The translations under genes and the position numbers were made by a program. 64,000 nucleotides of DNA from the NCBI RefSeq assembly GCF_006345805.1, contig NC_043010.1, positions 63,860,001 through 63,924,000 of the forward strand, written 5' to 3'. This document shows positions 23,816-36,944 of this stretch, piece after piece; the first letter of the stretch is position 1; every line of letters starts with the position of its first letter. Source of the DNA: Octopus sinensis. Taxonomy: Eukaryota. Under the pieces are notes generated by a model. It did not search any database and was not told where the DNA came from. It saw only the letters and a program-made list of their open reading frames with translations.

Positions 23816-26373
23816 AATTAAAACCCTTCAATACAGTGCTCCAGCATGGCTGCAGTCTAATGACTGAAACAAGTGAAAGATAAAAGAGAAAATGACCTCA
23901 GGCTTCTCTCTATTTCCCCATGTTGCCTTCATTAAATACTTGCCTCATGGTTTGACTTTGACTATTTCTCTTTTCAGGACACTCATACACATGTTAACAA
24001 ATTCTATTCCTTTGTGTCTTCTCTTTCTTTACAAGATATTACAGTTGCAGTTAATAAATACATTAACAATTTTATTTACAATAAGCACAGACTACTGCCT
24101 TCAGAGAATACAATAATTGCCTCAACTAGTCTTCGCATGACTTGTTTTATATATACTCAGACAGCTAACCTAATTTACTATTGAATTTTTGAATAGAATG
24201 ACCTGGAAAGCTTAATTTTCAGCCACAGAGCTTATGTTATTGTCAAATGCAATATATTCATTACTGTTCCATTTTCTCTTTTACCTGTTTTAGTCAAGGG
24301 ATTGTGTCACCATGCTGTGGGGCAGCCTTAAAGGTTTTGTGGGAGGAAATGAAGGCCAAACCTTGTTTTTAAACCTGGTACTTTGTAGAACTACATGGTG
24401 ATGTTGATGTAAACAAACCAACACCTGTTGCCATGTGGCAGGGTGGGGGACAAACACAAAACACATACAAAAGGCTTCTTTCCATTTCCAATTACGAAAT
24501 CTACTCACGTGGGTTTTGGTTATAGTAAAAGACACCCAAGATATGCAGTGGAACTGAACCCAATACCTCATGGTTGGGAAGCAAGTTCTTACTCACACAG
24601 CCACACATACACCTCTAAGTAATAATGTTTGTCAAGCGCCGCCTTGGCTGGCTTCCGTGCCGGTGGCACGTTAAAAGCACCAACCGATCGTGGCCGATGC
24701 CAGACCCCACTGGCACCTGTGCAGGTGGCACGTAAAAAGCACCCACTACACTCGCGGAGTGGTTGGCGTTAGGAAGGGCATCCAGCTGTAGAAACACTGC
24801 CAGATCAGACTGGGCCTGGTGCAGCCTTCTGGCTTCCCAGACCCCGGCCGAACCGTCCAACCCGTGCTAGCGCGGAAAACGGACGTTAAACGATGATGAT
24901 GATGAAATTATAACTTCATTTTACATCTCTGATCTCTGCAACTAAATTTATAACCTATATTATCTTCCCTCTAAGAGTTTTTTTTTTTTATTTCACTTTA
25001 GTATTTACATTTTTTACATTTTTATTCTCTTCTTCATTTTTGTTCTGGTTTCTTTTATTCTTTCACACATTTCAGTCATTTGACTGTGGCCATGCTGGAG
25101 CACCGCCTATAGTCGAACAAATAAGCCCCGAGACTTAGTCTTTGTAAGCCAAGTACTTATTCTATCGGTCTCTTTTTCTGGGATGTAAACACACCAACAT
25201 TGGTTATCAAGCGATGGTGAGGAGAACAAACACAGATACACAAATACATACATATATTTGACAGGCTTCTTTCAGTTTCCGTCTACCAAATCCACTCACA
25301 AGGCTTTGGTCGGCCCAAAGCTATAGTAGAAGACCCAAGGTGCCATGCAGTGGGACTGAACCCAGAACAATGTAGTTGGGAAGCAAGCTACACAGCCATA
25401 CCTGCACTTATGTATATCTGTAGGCATTACTTTTACTATAAGTAATATAATTGTGTATATGTGAGGTCTGGCTTTAAATTTTCTATTTCTTTTACACTCT
25501 GTAGTAGTCATCATTATGTCTGGGTTTTATGAAGAGGTCTGCCCGTGATGATTGCTTTCCCAGATAGACTATGCTTGACAAATATAAAACAGAAAGGTTA
25601 AAGGTAGAGCACTCGTCATCATAGCTCTGCAATTGGGAAAGACACTGACACACATTAGGCCTCTGTTTCTTTGTATTATTATTGAGGATAAAAATCTTCT
25701 CCATCCTCAAAGTCAATGTAACAAGTCAAGAGAGGAGAGACAAGGTGGATCAGTTAAGAAGGTAGGTTGGTGGCAGGGTTCCAAGGATGTGAGGGGTAGA
25801 TTAATAAAAGGGGATAACAGCCTAATGAGAGGAGGAGATTAATTTGGGTGAATGAGGTGGGAGTGGGTACAAATAAGAAGTTATATAGAAAAGTTAATGT
25901 GGCGGTGGTAGTTTCAGGGGGAACAAACAAGGGATTCTGTAATAGGGCTAACAAAGTGATGGTGGTTGACAAATATGGAATTAAACAGATGGGTTAATAA
26001 GGAGGTGGAGGGAAACAAAGGGATTACTCAGCAGGGTTACTTAGGTGGTGATGGTGGAAACAAATAAGGGATTATATAGCAGGACTAATAAGGTGCTGGT
26101 GGTGGGAACAAACAAAAGATTATATGATGGTGGTGGTGGTGGTGGTGAAGCAAACAAAGGATTACAGAGATTAAGTGGTAAAGTGAAAACAAACAAGAGA
26201 TTATAAAGATGGATTAACTAAGATGTAAAATAAAGATTGGGTAGCAGGTAAGTAATGATAAATTTGGGAGTGAATCTTGTAGGCAGCTGAAAGGAGGTAT
26301 GTGGAACCCATATTCAGTTTTTAGAAGAGATCTTTACGTTCTTGTACAGTAATAATAAAGCCTGTTGCCTTAC

Positions 26374-26463
26374 CATTTTGTTTGAGGTGAGTTGGAAGGT
26401 CGTCATTTCGTATCTTGCTACAGGGGAACAGAATAGGTTTACAATCAGACTTCTTTTCTACTT
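26374..26463 (-). CDS. UROS: UROS coding exon 5: (E)VEKKSDCKPILFPCSKIRNDDLPTHLKQN(G)
   Basis: CCTTACAG| and ATG|GTAAGG; 90 nt, phase 1-1; matches human PLLFPCGNLKREILP. Confidence 0.92.
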
Positions 26464-28215
26464 CTGTAAGGCAACACAAACCAAGAATTAAATATGATTA
26501 CAAAAAAAGAAAGAAAAGAGGAAGAAGCAGCTTTACAAGACATTTAAGAGTAAACTATGAAACCCCTACGGTAGCAAAGAGCTCAAGTTATACCTTTCCT
26601 TTTAGTCATATACAATGATTGCTAAATTTACCCTTCCATTTCTGGCATGAAACCATTTGGTAGTAACATCGATAGGCTGCCACGAGACTATAACTATGAT
26701 ATATAAATAATGTTGTTTGTTCGTTCTCGAGCTACGCCTAGCTCATAAGGGCCGGTTTCCTTGGTGTATAGGTTCCCCACCTGGACGGGACGCTGGTCCG
26801 TCGCAGGTGAGCAGCGAGATGCAGGAGGAAAGAGTGAGAGAAAGTTGTGGCGAAAGAGTCAGCAGAAGTTCGCCATTACCTCCTGCCGGAGCCGCGAGGA
26901 GCTTAAGTGTTTCACTCATAAACACACACATTGCCCGGTTTGAGATTAGATCCCTTGACCGTGAGTCTGCTGCTCTAACCACTAAGCCATGTGCCTCTAC
27001 ATATATAAATAATAGTGTTATGTAAATAAAAATAATATAGAATATATATGTAGGTGTGGCATGGTTAAGAAGCTTCCTTTCAAGCCATATGGTTTTGTCA
27101 CTTCCACTGTCTGGTATCGTTGGCAAGTGTCTTCTGCTATAGCCCCAGGCCAACCAAATTCCTGCAAAAGGAATTTGGTGGACAGAAACTGTGATGAAGC
27201 TTGTCATAGTAATTGCTGTGTTCTTGAGCGAAACACTTCATTTCATGCTGCTCCAGGCCACGTAGCTGTAAATGGATAACCCCACCATGGAGTAGCATTC
27301 TGATCAGTTGGGATGTTGGCCTACTCGCCTTGCCAGTGGAGTGGCATCATTCGAATGTTAAAATGATGCAAAGCGCATTGTGACCAGTGATGTATAAACA
27401 CATCTGATAGCCTAGTTGATCACAAGATCATGCATGTGATACACCCGGCACATGCATATATATTCTTTATTCTTTTATTCTTTTATTTGTTTCAGTCATT
27501 AGACTGTGGCCATGCTGGGGTACTCACACAGGTATATATATATATACTTATACTATAAATACACCCTCTCTTCACCTGACACAAAGCCACCTCCCTCAAA
27601 ATTAGTCCCTACTCATTAGAGGGTTCCCGTCTTCTAAGTTATCTGCTGACCTTGTCAGAGCACCTCATACACTCTGTAAAGTGGCTGGTGTTAAGAAAGG
27701 TATCCAGGTGTGGAAACCATGCCAAAGTAGACGATTGGCATAGCGTGGAAAACAGACATTCAAGCTCATTACATACATATATATATTATATTTCATATAT
27801 AACTAAATATTGTGTGTACACACACACACACACACACACACATAATCTGCAATTGAAGCATGGATGGTATTTGTATGTCATTCAAGAACACACAAAAACT
27901 GTTAGTTTAACCTCAGCATTTAATTTTCATTTGTGTTAAAATATTTCCATCGATTTGAAACCACAACCTGTTCACCGACAAAACTTGGTGCTGATATATA
28001 TACATATATATTATATATATCATTAATATAACAGACACACACACACATACACACATATATATATATCATATATTATAAGAACGTGTTATAAATGTGTGTG
28101 GATGAATGTGTGTTTTGGAAATGTTTTATTTGACATGGCAGTTTTCATATTTATTTTTACGGATCAACAAAAGGGCAAAATTCAATCAAGTTTTACTTTA
28201 TTAATTTTGACTTAC

Positions 28216-28290
28216 CTTTCAAAATGAATTCAGCTAACTTTTTACCATGGCCACTATTTTCACCTGTAGGTTTGAAGCCTAAATTGGCAG
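28216..28290 (-). CDS. UROS: UROS coding exon 4: (A)ANLGFKPTGENSGHGKKLAEFILK
   Basis: ATTTTAG| and AAG|GTAAGT; 75 nt, phase 1-1; matches human '[20 protein letters not shown]'. Confidence 0.92.
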
Positions 28291-28326
28291 CTAAAATAGA
28301 AAATAAAGTGCATATCATATATATAT

Positions 28327-28390
<64 letters not shown>

Positions 28391-29360
28391 TTCTGTGTGA
28401 GTTAGAGGTTGAGAACCAACTTAGGGACAGTGCCTATCCAATATACTGCTGGTAGTGTACCCAATTATTCATACCCAAGTGTTAGTTATTGTGTGGTTAT
28501 CTTGCTATCGGGTGTTATATATGGACGGGGTTAAAAAGTGGTTTACCCTTGATATATATGGCAAATAAGAAAGTGGAGAGGATACAAGATCGACAGCTGG
28601 CAAATGTTCCAGTATGTCTGTTTATTCCAAGGTATTGGATGTATACATACACATGTATTAGTGGTACAGATTATCAGATAGAAAGAGTTGATAATTGCAA
28701 AAACAAGGGTGTGGAAGCATATAATGGTATAGGAACAGGTGATTCATTGAGTAAGTGAGCAAATGAACAGATTGTCAGTAAAACCGAATGGGTGTGTAGG
28801 TGCTAGTCCCTTACGGCCGTTTCTGCCAAGAGGCAACAAAATCTTCCAGGTTATCTCCATCTCTTCAGTGTTACGTAGAAATGAGCAGGTAAGGCTTGGA
28901 TAATGAATGTGCCTCTAGGCTTCTTCAGAGGGTCTAGGTGGTAGGGGAGGCTAACACATATAAAAAAAAAAACAGTTAATAATAGCTACAGTGTGTTTGT
29001 TTTTTTTTTTTTTAAATAGAGTAGAAAAAGAATAGGGGTCAGAATAAGAACAAGCTGGAGGATTTGAGTATATATTCTTTTATTGGTTTCAGTCATTTGA
29101 TTGCAGCCATGCTGGAGCACTGCCTTTAGTCGAACAAATCGACCCCAGGACTTATTCTTTGTAAGCCTAGTACTTATTCTATCAGTCTCTTTTGCCAAAC
29201 CGCTAATTTACAGGTGCATAAACACACCAACATTGGTTGTCCGGGGAGAGTGGAGGACACAAACACACATGACAGGCTTCTTTCAGTTTCTGTCCACCAG
29301 ATCCACTCACAGAACAATGTGGTTGGGAAGCAAGCTACTTACCACAGAGCCACTTCTGCT

Positions 29361-29394
<34 letters not shown>

Positions 29395-29395
<1 letters not shown>

Positions 29396-29744
29396 TAGCA
29401 GTATCACCCGGCGTTGCTCGGGTTTGTTAGAGAGTTATAGCCAAAAAATAGCAAAAAAAATGGGAAAAAAATAATGGTAAATTTTTTTTGAGAGTTAAAA
29501 AGGTCGAGTTGCGTCCCCTAGACAGTCTGTGGTTTGTGTTTCTGATTCTCGACTCCATGTCGAATTTATCGATTTTTTTCAGAACTGGGGGAACTTTTCA
29601 AAATTTTCGCTGCGTCAGTTTTGAATTATGACATTGGGCTATGTGTGTGTCAAGTTTCATCAGAATCGGTTGAAAGCCGTGGTCAGGGTGAGGGTACAAC
29701 CTAACAGACACGCAGACAGACAAACTGCCGTTTATATATAGAGA
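29395..29744 (-). mobile_element. Non-autonomous Helitron H1
   Basis: A|TC at 29744; hairpin CCCGAGCAACGCCGGG; CTAG|T at 29395. Confidence 0.8.
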
Positions 29745-30363
29745 TATATATATATATATATATTGCCGGGTCATAGTGCTAGTTTGGTATAAATTTGTTA
29801 AATCAAAAATTTGTGGTAATAAAACATACAATGCCATATTAAAAAGACGAATAAAAATTCCAGAGAAAAATACATAGAAGATAAATATATATAAATTTAC
29901 AAAAATACATAAAAGTTCATCTACGGGTCGTTCCGGAGATGCATCAATTAAGATGAAACATATTATATATTTAAAATTGACACTCCCCTCGTCAGGATGT
30001 TTTTTACACACAACACATAGTACACGGAAACAAATGCACAATTACATACCTGCTACATGCAAAAAACCAGACATTACGTACTCCCAAAAATTCTCATAGA
30101 TACTGAATGCCACTTTATAAGCATATAATTCAATCTAGCAGCTATAGTAAATGGTATGAGCACATCTCCATCTGGACTAATTCACTTCTGCATTCAATTA
30201 AATTTTTCATCTTTTAATTTCTCCCATTCGTGCAAAGCCACATATTCGAGTTCAAGTCCTTGATACATTTTATACTAATTGCTATTTTTTTCTTTTAATT
30301 GTTGTATAACGATTTAATTACCATTTTAATAAAATAAAATATATTTAATTACTACTTACTATA

Positions 30364-31506
30364 TCTCTCTCTATATAAACGGCAGTTTGTCTGTCTGTGT
30401 GTCTGTCAGGTTGTACCCTCACCCTGACCACGGCTTTCAACCGATTCTAATGAAACTTGACACACACATAGCCCAATGTCATAATTCAAAACTAACGCAG
30501 CGAAAATTTTGAAAAGTTCCCCCAGTTCTGAAAAAAATTGATAAATTCAACATGGGGTCGAGAATCTAAGCTTTTTATATGCAACACATTTGTAGTTTTC
30601 GCAACTTGCAATAGATTTTCACCAAACTCATGGTGAAGCTTAATGTTACCCTAAGAAACTTAATTCTGATGTTTGTTTTCTATGCAATACCTTACCATCA
30701 GAAAAAAATCGATAAAATCATGCCATTTTGGGAAATCGCGTTCAAATTCAAGATGACATATTTTCGACAATATCTTTCACAAATTGGCAGGAATTTTTTT
30801 TTAAATTCACAGCGAGCATCATGTCTGCTCCAAGGAGCTATATGGCCCTTTTTATTCCAATAGGATACTTTATTACTGGAAAAAATCGGTTAATTAAATC
30901 ATATGTGGCACACATAGCAAACCGATTTGTGTATTAAACACAAACCACAAACTGTCTAGGGGACGCAACTCGACCTTTTTAACTCTCGGAACACGTGGGG
31001 GTAAGTATCCCAAAATGCATAAAAATGTACAAAAACGGCAAAAAAGCGGGCAGCAATGTGAGTGACAACAACGAAAAAGTCAAAAGTGACCAAACTGAAC
31101 AAACAAATGGAAAAGGTTTTTTGGTGCACACGACAAAAGCAGTTTATGATAAACCAAGAGTTTGCAAGTAGCGTCCAAGGACCCTTAGGGTACGTCAAAA
31201 ATTTAAGGTAAACGTTTGGGGTGGTAGTTATAAAGAAAGTTTAAACAAAAAAAGTATTCGATTAACTTGCGGCTGCAGCAGCTATTAGCAGAAGTTGGGG
31301 GTAAAGTCTCGAATGTAATTTCTTCCTGGTAGGAATTGGTTGGGTTGAATTATCGATAGCTGTTTGATAGTTATTTGGGAGTGAAGAGAAGACATTGCAA
31401 CCTACACATGCGCCTTCGTTCCCTAGAGGGAAAGGACTAGATTGGGATTAGTCGTTGCCTACTAGGGGCTCTTACATACCCGGGCAACGCTGGGCTATGC
31501 TGCTAG
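30364..31506 (+). mobile_element. Non-autonomous Helitron H2 (same family, longer)
   Basis: A|TC at 30364; hairpin CCCGGGCAACGCTGGG; CTAG|T at 31503-31507; the 5' ~200 bp matches H1. Confidence 0.8.
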
Positions 31507-31851
31507 TTTACTATATTTAACTCAATTGTTATTATTACCTCTAACTTTTATTTCTAAATTTCTTACAGAACATCAAGTGGATCTTATGCGTACAATATAT
31601 TTTTATATGATGTTTATATATTTATATATTACTATATATTTTTAAATGTTGGGCTTTATGTCTGTTCTGTAGATATATATGAATATATGTATGTGTTTGA
31701 TCTTTCTGTGGATTTTGTAGTTGCTGCTTGCATTGCCTCCCCTTGGATTAAAAAGTGTATACAGCTCATTTGAGCACTACTGTTCCAGTCTGTTATATAT
31801 TTTGAGCGTTGTTGTCACTAACGATCTCAAGATATAACTTTATATTTTGTA

Positions 31852-31909
<58 letters not shown>

Positions 31910-32272
31910 CATATATATACAGTAGAGAGATGTTTTTGTTTCACTTTTAACACGTAATACTGAAATAGTGGAGAAGATATGATACTGCTGTGGGCTCGCT
32001 CTAGGCAAGAAGTTAAACATTTTTTTTGCCCATGATACTACATGGACCCTAAGTAAGGCATGTGTAAAATTTGAATGAAACTGGTTCTGTAGTTCTCAAG
32101 TTTTAGGGAATCAGAATGGAGAAGATATGATATTACTGTGGGCTCGCCCTAGGCAAAAAGTTAAAAGGCATGTGTGAAATTTGAATGAAATTAGTTGTGT
32201 AGTTATCAAGTTTTAGGGAAACACACAGACAGACACACATTCTCAGTTTTATATATATATATATATACATAT

Positions 32273-32560
32273 TTTATTTAAAGCAGCAGAAAATTCAACA
32301 AAACCTGTTACTCTGAGTTTCCCGTTGCCATTCATCGGACAGTTTTTGCTAGAATGGAACCGATATGTCAATTCTATCCAGACTGGATAGAATTGACATA
32401 ACGGTTCCATTCTAGCAAAAACTGTCCGATGAACGGCAACGGGAAACTCAGAGTAACAGGTTTTGTTGAATTTTCTGCTGCTTTAAATAAAGCATATTAC
32501 TCTACCACTGGTATTTGAGTACTCTTTTTTCCACCTTGTTTCACATATATGTGTTTACTC

Positions 32561-32563
<3 letters not shown>
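32273..32563. mobile_element. Penelope-like pLTR remnant forming a 219-bp palindrome (32273-32491)
   Basis: 109-bp arms with 2 mismatches and a 1-nt centre at 32382; the plus-strand copy continues to about 32563; inserted into TA repeat; carries hammerhead motifs. Confidence 0.7.
32417..32464 (+). ncRNA. Minimal type-I hammerhead ribozyme motif (variant core CCGAUGA)
   Basis: Stem I AAAAACTGT/ACAGGTTTT; core CCGATGA; stem II (A)CG-GCAA-CG(G); GAAA; stem III ACTC-A-GAGT; GUA cleavage site after 32455. A mirror copy lies on the minus strand at 32300-32347. Confidence 0.6.
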
Positions 32564-32600
<37 letters not shown>

Positions 32601-32864
32601 ATATATGCATATATAAATGTACATATATATATATAAATATACATACATATATACACACACACGCATAATAATAATAGCAGGGTATGATCTTCTTCCCCTC
32701 TACACACTCACAGATACACACACAGACACACACACACACATTTACAAAACTAAATGGATGTACAACTCAGGTACAATCTGGGTGAAAACCCCAGCCATTT
32801 CATCAGCTGGCCTTAAATGTAGAGGAATATAAATATATGAATGGTCAGATAAGTCGTACTCTAC

Positions 32865-32927
32865 CTGAGGTCGCCGTACTCTTGCCGACTACAAAACATT
32901 TCAGGTCCTTGCAGGTTGTCTTCTTAC
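32865..32927 (-). CDS. UROS: UROS coding exon 3: (S)KKTTCKDLKCFVVGKSTATS
   Basis: CTCTAG| and CAG|GTAGAG; 63 nt, phase 1-1; matches human 'KSVYVVGNATA'. Confidence 0.9.
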
Positions 32928-34384
32928 CTAGAGTGGATAAAACAACAAGAGATGCATTGAAATGACAATGATGATGATGGTGGTGATGATGATGGTATTG
33001 ATGACAGTCATCACACACACACACACACACACATTGTATATGTGTTCAGTCACAGATGACTGCTAACTGGTAACATGTAATCTGGCGGCGAGCTGGCAGA
33101 ATCGTTAGCATGCTGGGAGAAATGCTCAGCAGTATTTCGTCTGTCGCTACGTTCTGAGTTCAAATTCCGCCGAGGTCAACTTTGCCTTTCATCCTTTCGG
33201 GGTCGATTAAATAAGTACCAGTTACGCACTGGGGTTGATGTGATCGACTTAATCCGTTTGTCTGTCCTTGTTTGTCCCTTCTGTGTTCAGCCCCTTGTGG
33301 GTAGTAAAGAAATAGGTAACATGTAATCTGTTTTAATCTGGTTCATTGGTGACTAAACAGGCTCCCCACCGAACGTCGACAGCCTGATGAGGTTACCAAA
33401 GGGTTGTTGGAAACCCAGCAGGACAAATATAAGCCCCGTCAAAAGAAAGATGAACCCAGCCTAGTATCAGTAACTGTGGAGGCACAATGGCCCAGTGGTT
33501 AGGGCAGCGGACTCGCGGTCGTAGGATCGTGGTTTCGATTCCCAGACCAGGTGTCGTGAGTGTTTATTGAGCGAAAACACCTGAAGCTCCATGAGGCACT
33601 GTTGTCCGATCTACTGCATAAAAGTATAGGATAGTCACAGATGGAAAGCCTTTGCTCACAGATTTGATGACTGGGCTGACCTGGGGCTAAACAACAACAA
33701 CAACAACATTTGAAAGACCATACTTTGCTGCTTGATTTGCAAGAAATAGTAGCTAAATCTCTCTCAAATCACACATCACCGTCTTTTAAAAACAAACCAA
33801 AAGGGCCTGCCGGATATTGTAGCCTAAGGTGAAATAAGGACTGAATCTGAATGGTGAGATGGTCATGGCTGGAAAAGTTTTGATCATAAGTCTGCTCAGC
33901 TAGCGTTGAGCTGGGATTAAACAACAGTCTTTTTACTCTTTTACTTGTTTCAGTCATTTTGACTGCGGCCATGCTGGAGCACCGCCTTTAGTCGAACTCA
34001 TCGACCCCAGGACTTATTCTTTGTAAGCCTAGTACTTATTCTATCGGTCTATTTTGCCGAACCGCTAAGTTACAGGGACGTAAACACACCAGCATCGGTT
34101 GCCAAGTGATGTTGTGTGGGACAAACACAGACACACAAACATATACACACACACACATATATATACACATATATATATATACGATGGGCTTATTTCAGTT
34201 TCTGTCTACCCAATCCACTCACAAGGCTTTGGTCGGCCCGAGGCTATAGTAGAAGACACTTGCCCAAGGTGCCACACAGTGGGACTGAGCCCAGAACCAT
34301 GTGGTTCGTAAGCAAGCTACTTACCACACAGCCACTCCTGCGCCTATCAAAACATTTAAAAAGTTTAGCTCAAAGATGACTTAC

Positions 34385-34568
34385 TGGATGCTGTTAGTTG
34401 CTGAATGGCAGACTCCAGTACCATCACACTACGAGTACTAGTGAAAATGATGCCACTGTATTTGTTATTAGCATCTCCACTGAGTTTTTGTGCCAAGACA
34501 TCTGTGTGCAAAGACCGAAACGACAGCACAGGTACAACGTAGACAGACAGTTGAGATTTCTGTAATTC
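34385..34568 (-). CDS. UROS: UROS coding exon 2: ELQKSQLSVYVVPVLSF...KYSGIIFTSTRSV...LTAS
   Basis: TTTGCAG| and CCA|GTAAGT; 184 nt, phase 0-1; matches human 'IPVLSFEF...YGGLIFTSPRAV'. Confidence 0.93.
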
Positions 34569-36866
34569 CTGCAAAGAGAAAACATAAGAACACGGTGAAG
34601 GTCCTCTAAGGCAATGATAATGGTTTTAACATAGGCCAAAGTTTGAAATTTGAATGAAGGGAACAGTTAATTATCATCATCATCATCGTTTAGCGTCTGC
34701 TTTCCATGCTAGCATGGGTTGGATGGTGCAACTGGGGTCTGGGAAGCCAGAAGTCTGCGCCAGGCCCAGTCTGATCTGGCAATGTTTCTACGGCTGGATG
34801 CCCTTCCTAACGCCAACCACTCCATGAGTGTAGTGGGTGCTTTTTACGTGCCAGACGAGGCTGGCAAACGGCCACGAGCGGATGGTGCTTTTTACGTGCC
34901 ACTGGCACAGAATTTTATCAATACCAATACTTGACAGGTACTTTGTTATATTGACCTCAAAAGGATGAAAGGCAAAGTTGACCTCAGCAAGATTTGAACT
35001 CAGAATGTAAAGAGTTGGAAGAAATGCCACTTAACATTTTGTCTGACATGCTAATGATTCTGTCAGCTCAGCACCTTAATAACAACAGCAACAATAATCC
35101 TTTCTATTGGAGGCACACAGCCTTAAATTTGTGGGGTGGGGACAAGTCGATTATATCGATCTCAGTGTATCACTGGTACTTAATTTATTGACCTAGAAAG
35201 GATGAAAGGCAAAGTTGACCGTGGCGGAATTTGAACTCAGAATTTTGTCCAGTGCACTAACAATCCTGCCAGCTCACTGCCTTAACAACAACAAGAATAA
35301 TAATTTCTAAAGTAGGCACAAAGCTGGAGGGGTCAGCTGTTTTTAATTGACCCCCAGGTCATGACTGGTACTCTATTTCATTGTCCTTAGCAGGAAGAAA
35401 GGATAAGCTGATCTCAATAACGAGGACAATGACCAATAATTAATGTTGTAGTTTAGCCTCAGGTCAGCTCTATATAGCAGGCCTACAATCAAGGACCTTC
35501 CAGCCGTGACACTCACATCTTTAATTCATACATACCATACCTCAGACTACATTATCCATTGTTAATGTTGCTGTTGTTTTTGCTTAACTTAGCTCAGTTT
35601 TGATCCAACAGATCTATGATCAAAGACATTCCAGTTGTGACCATCCTGTTTGTTTTTTTTCTGAGTTAGATCCTAGTGGTTCGGGTGTTGGACTCACAAT
35701 CATTAGGTCATGGGTTTGGCTCTTGAACTGGGCAGCATATTGTGTCCTTGAGCAAGGAACTTCATTTCACATTGCTCCAGTCTACTTGGAGGAAAATGAG
35801 TACCAGTGGTGCTCTGGGGGGTTAAGCTTGTGATGAACAGATGTCACAGATGTTGGGGAGTCTTACAAAATCTAGATCTGTTCTGGCCTCATGAGCCTGC
35901 ATGCCTAAGGCAGACTTTATAAGAATATCTAGAGTAAAAGGGTAAAGACCCCTTTGGTTGTGAATGACCATGGGACTGCACCTAGAAAGTTCCCCTCTTT
36001 GACACAAGACTGGGCAAGGTTGTTTATGGAAGGCCAGCAGTCATCCATGCATACCAGCCTCCCCGCTCCATGCCACCGATGTTATCTAAGGGAAAGGCAA
36101 AGGGGCCGATACAGCTTGGCACCAGTGACGTTGCAACTTATTTCTACAGCTGAGTGAACTGGAGCAACGTGAAATAAAGTGTCTTGCTTAAGAACACAAC
36201 ACGCAGCCTCATGATTGTGAGCTTGATGCTCTAACCACTGAGCCATGCACCTTCACATGTGTATCTAGGACAACATTATTCAGTGTTAATGGTGGTGGTG
36301 TTGTGATATAGCCCCACATCATTCCTGAACCAGTAGACCTAATATTAAAATTCTTCCAGCTATGACCACACAATCTTTTATGTAGTCAGACATAGTGTAT
36401 CTAGGACTACATTATTAAATGCGGTTTTTCTTCCTTAATCTGGAATGATGTGATGTGAAGAAGATTTGGCTGTTATTTCTAACATGTCAAATGACCATAT
36501 CAAGGCTCTCTCAGTGGTTTGTTAATCCCGATTATTGTAGCTGTTTAGAGAATGATTGAGAACCAACATGTTTGGCTCCAGGTTGGCTCTGATCAAAGAT
36601 GGTCCAACCTTGACCATCACATCTTTTTGTACATCAATGATTACATTATTCAGTGTTGTTCTTCCATTATGTAAGGCAGTATGTTATGATCTGAGGGCGA
36701 GTTGGCTGCTATCACTTGCAGGTTGAGTGACTGCATAAAGGCTCCTTTCATCAGCTTATATAGTAAGGTTGGTGGTGATCTGAAGGCAAGGATGTCACTT
36801 ACACATTATGGGGACAATAAATCAGTCACTGGGAAAGAGCAAAGAGACAACAAATCCATGACCTAC

Positions 36867-36944
36867 CGCCAGAAATATGTCGTTTTCACCTTCTGCCGGA
36901 GATTTGAAGAGTATAACTGAATTCTTCTTTATGTCCGTCGACAT
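36867..36944 (-). CDS. UROS: UROS coding exon 1: MSTDIKKNSVILFKSPAEGENDIFLA (exon starts at 36982 with 38 nt of UTR)
   Basis: TTGCAG| acceptor at 36982, ATG at 36944, GCG|GTAGGT donor, phase 0; matches human [21 protein letters not shown]. The total CDS is 792 nt (263 aa + stop). Confidence 0.88.

Noticed and set aside
30010-30140. Exon-like minus-strand stretch 'IELYAYKVAFSIYENFWEY...' with a CAG|GTATGT donor
   Set aside because: Weak acceptor, no recognisable homology, and not needed for UROS; unresolved without a search.
32760-32812. Alternative UROS exon 'GQLMKWLGFSP'
   Set aside because: It needs a 53-nt intron and has no suitable donor; the exon at 28216-28290 fits better.
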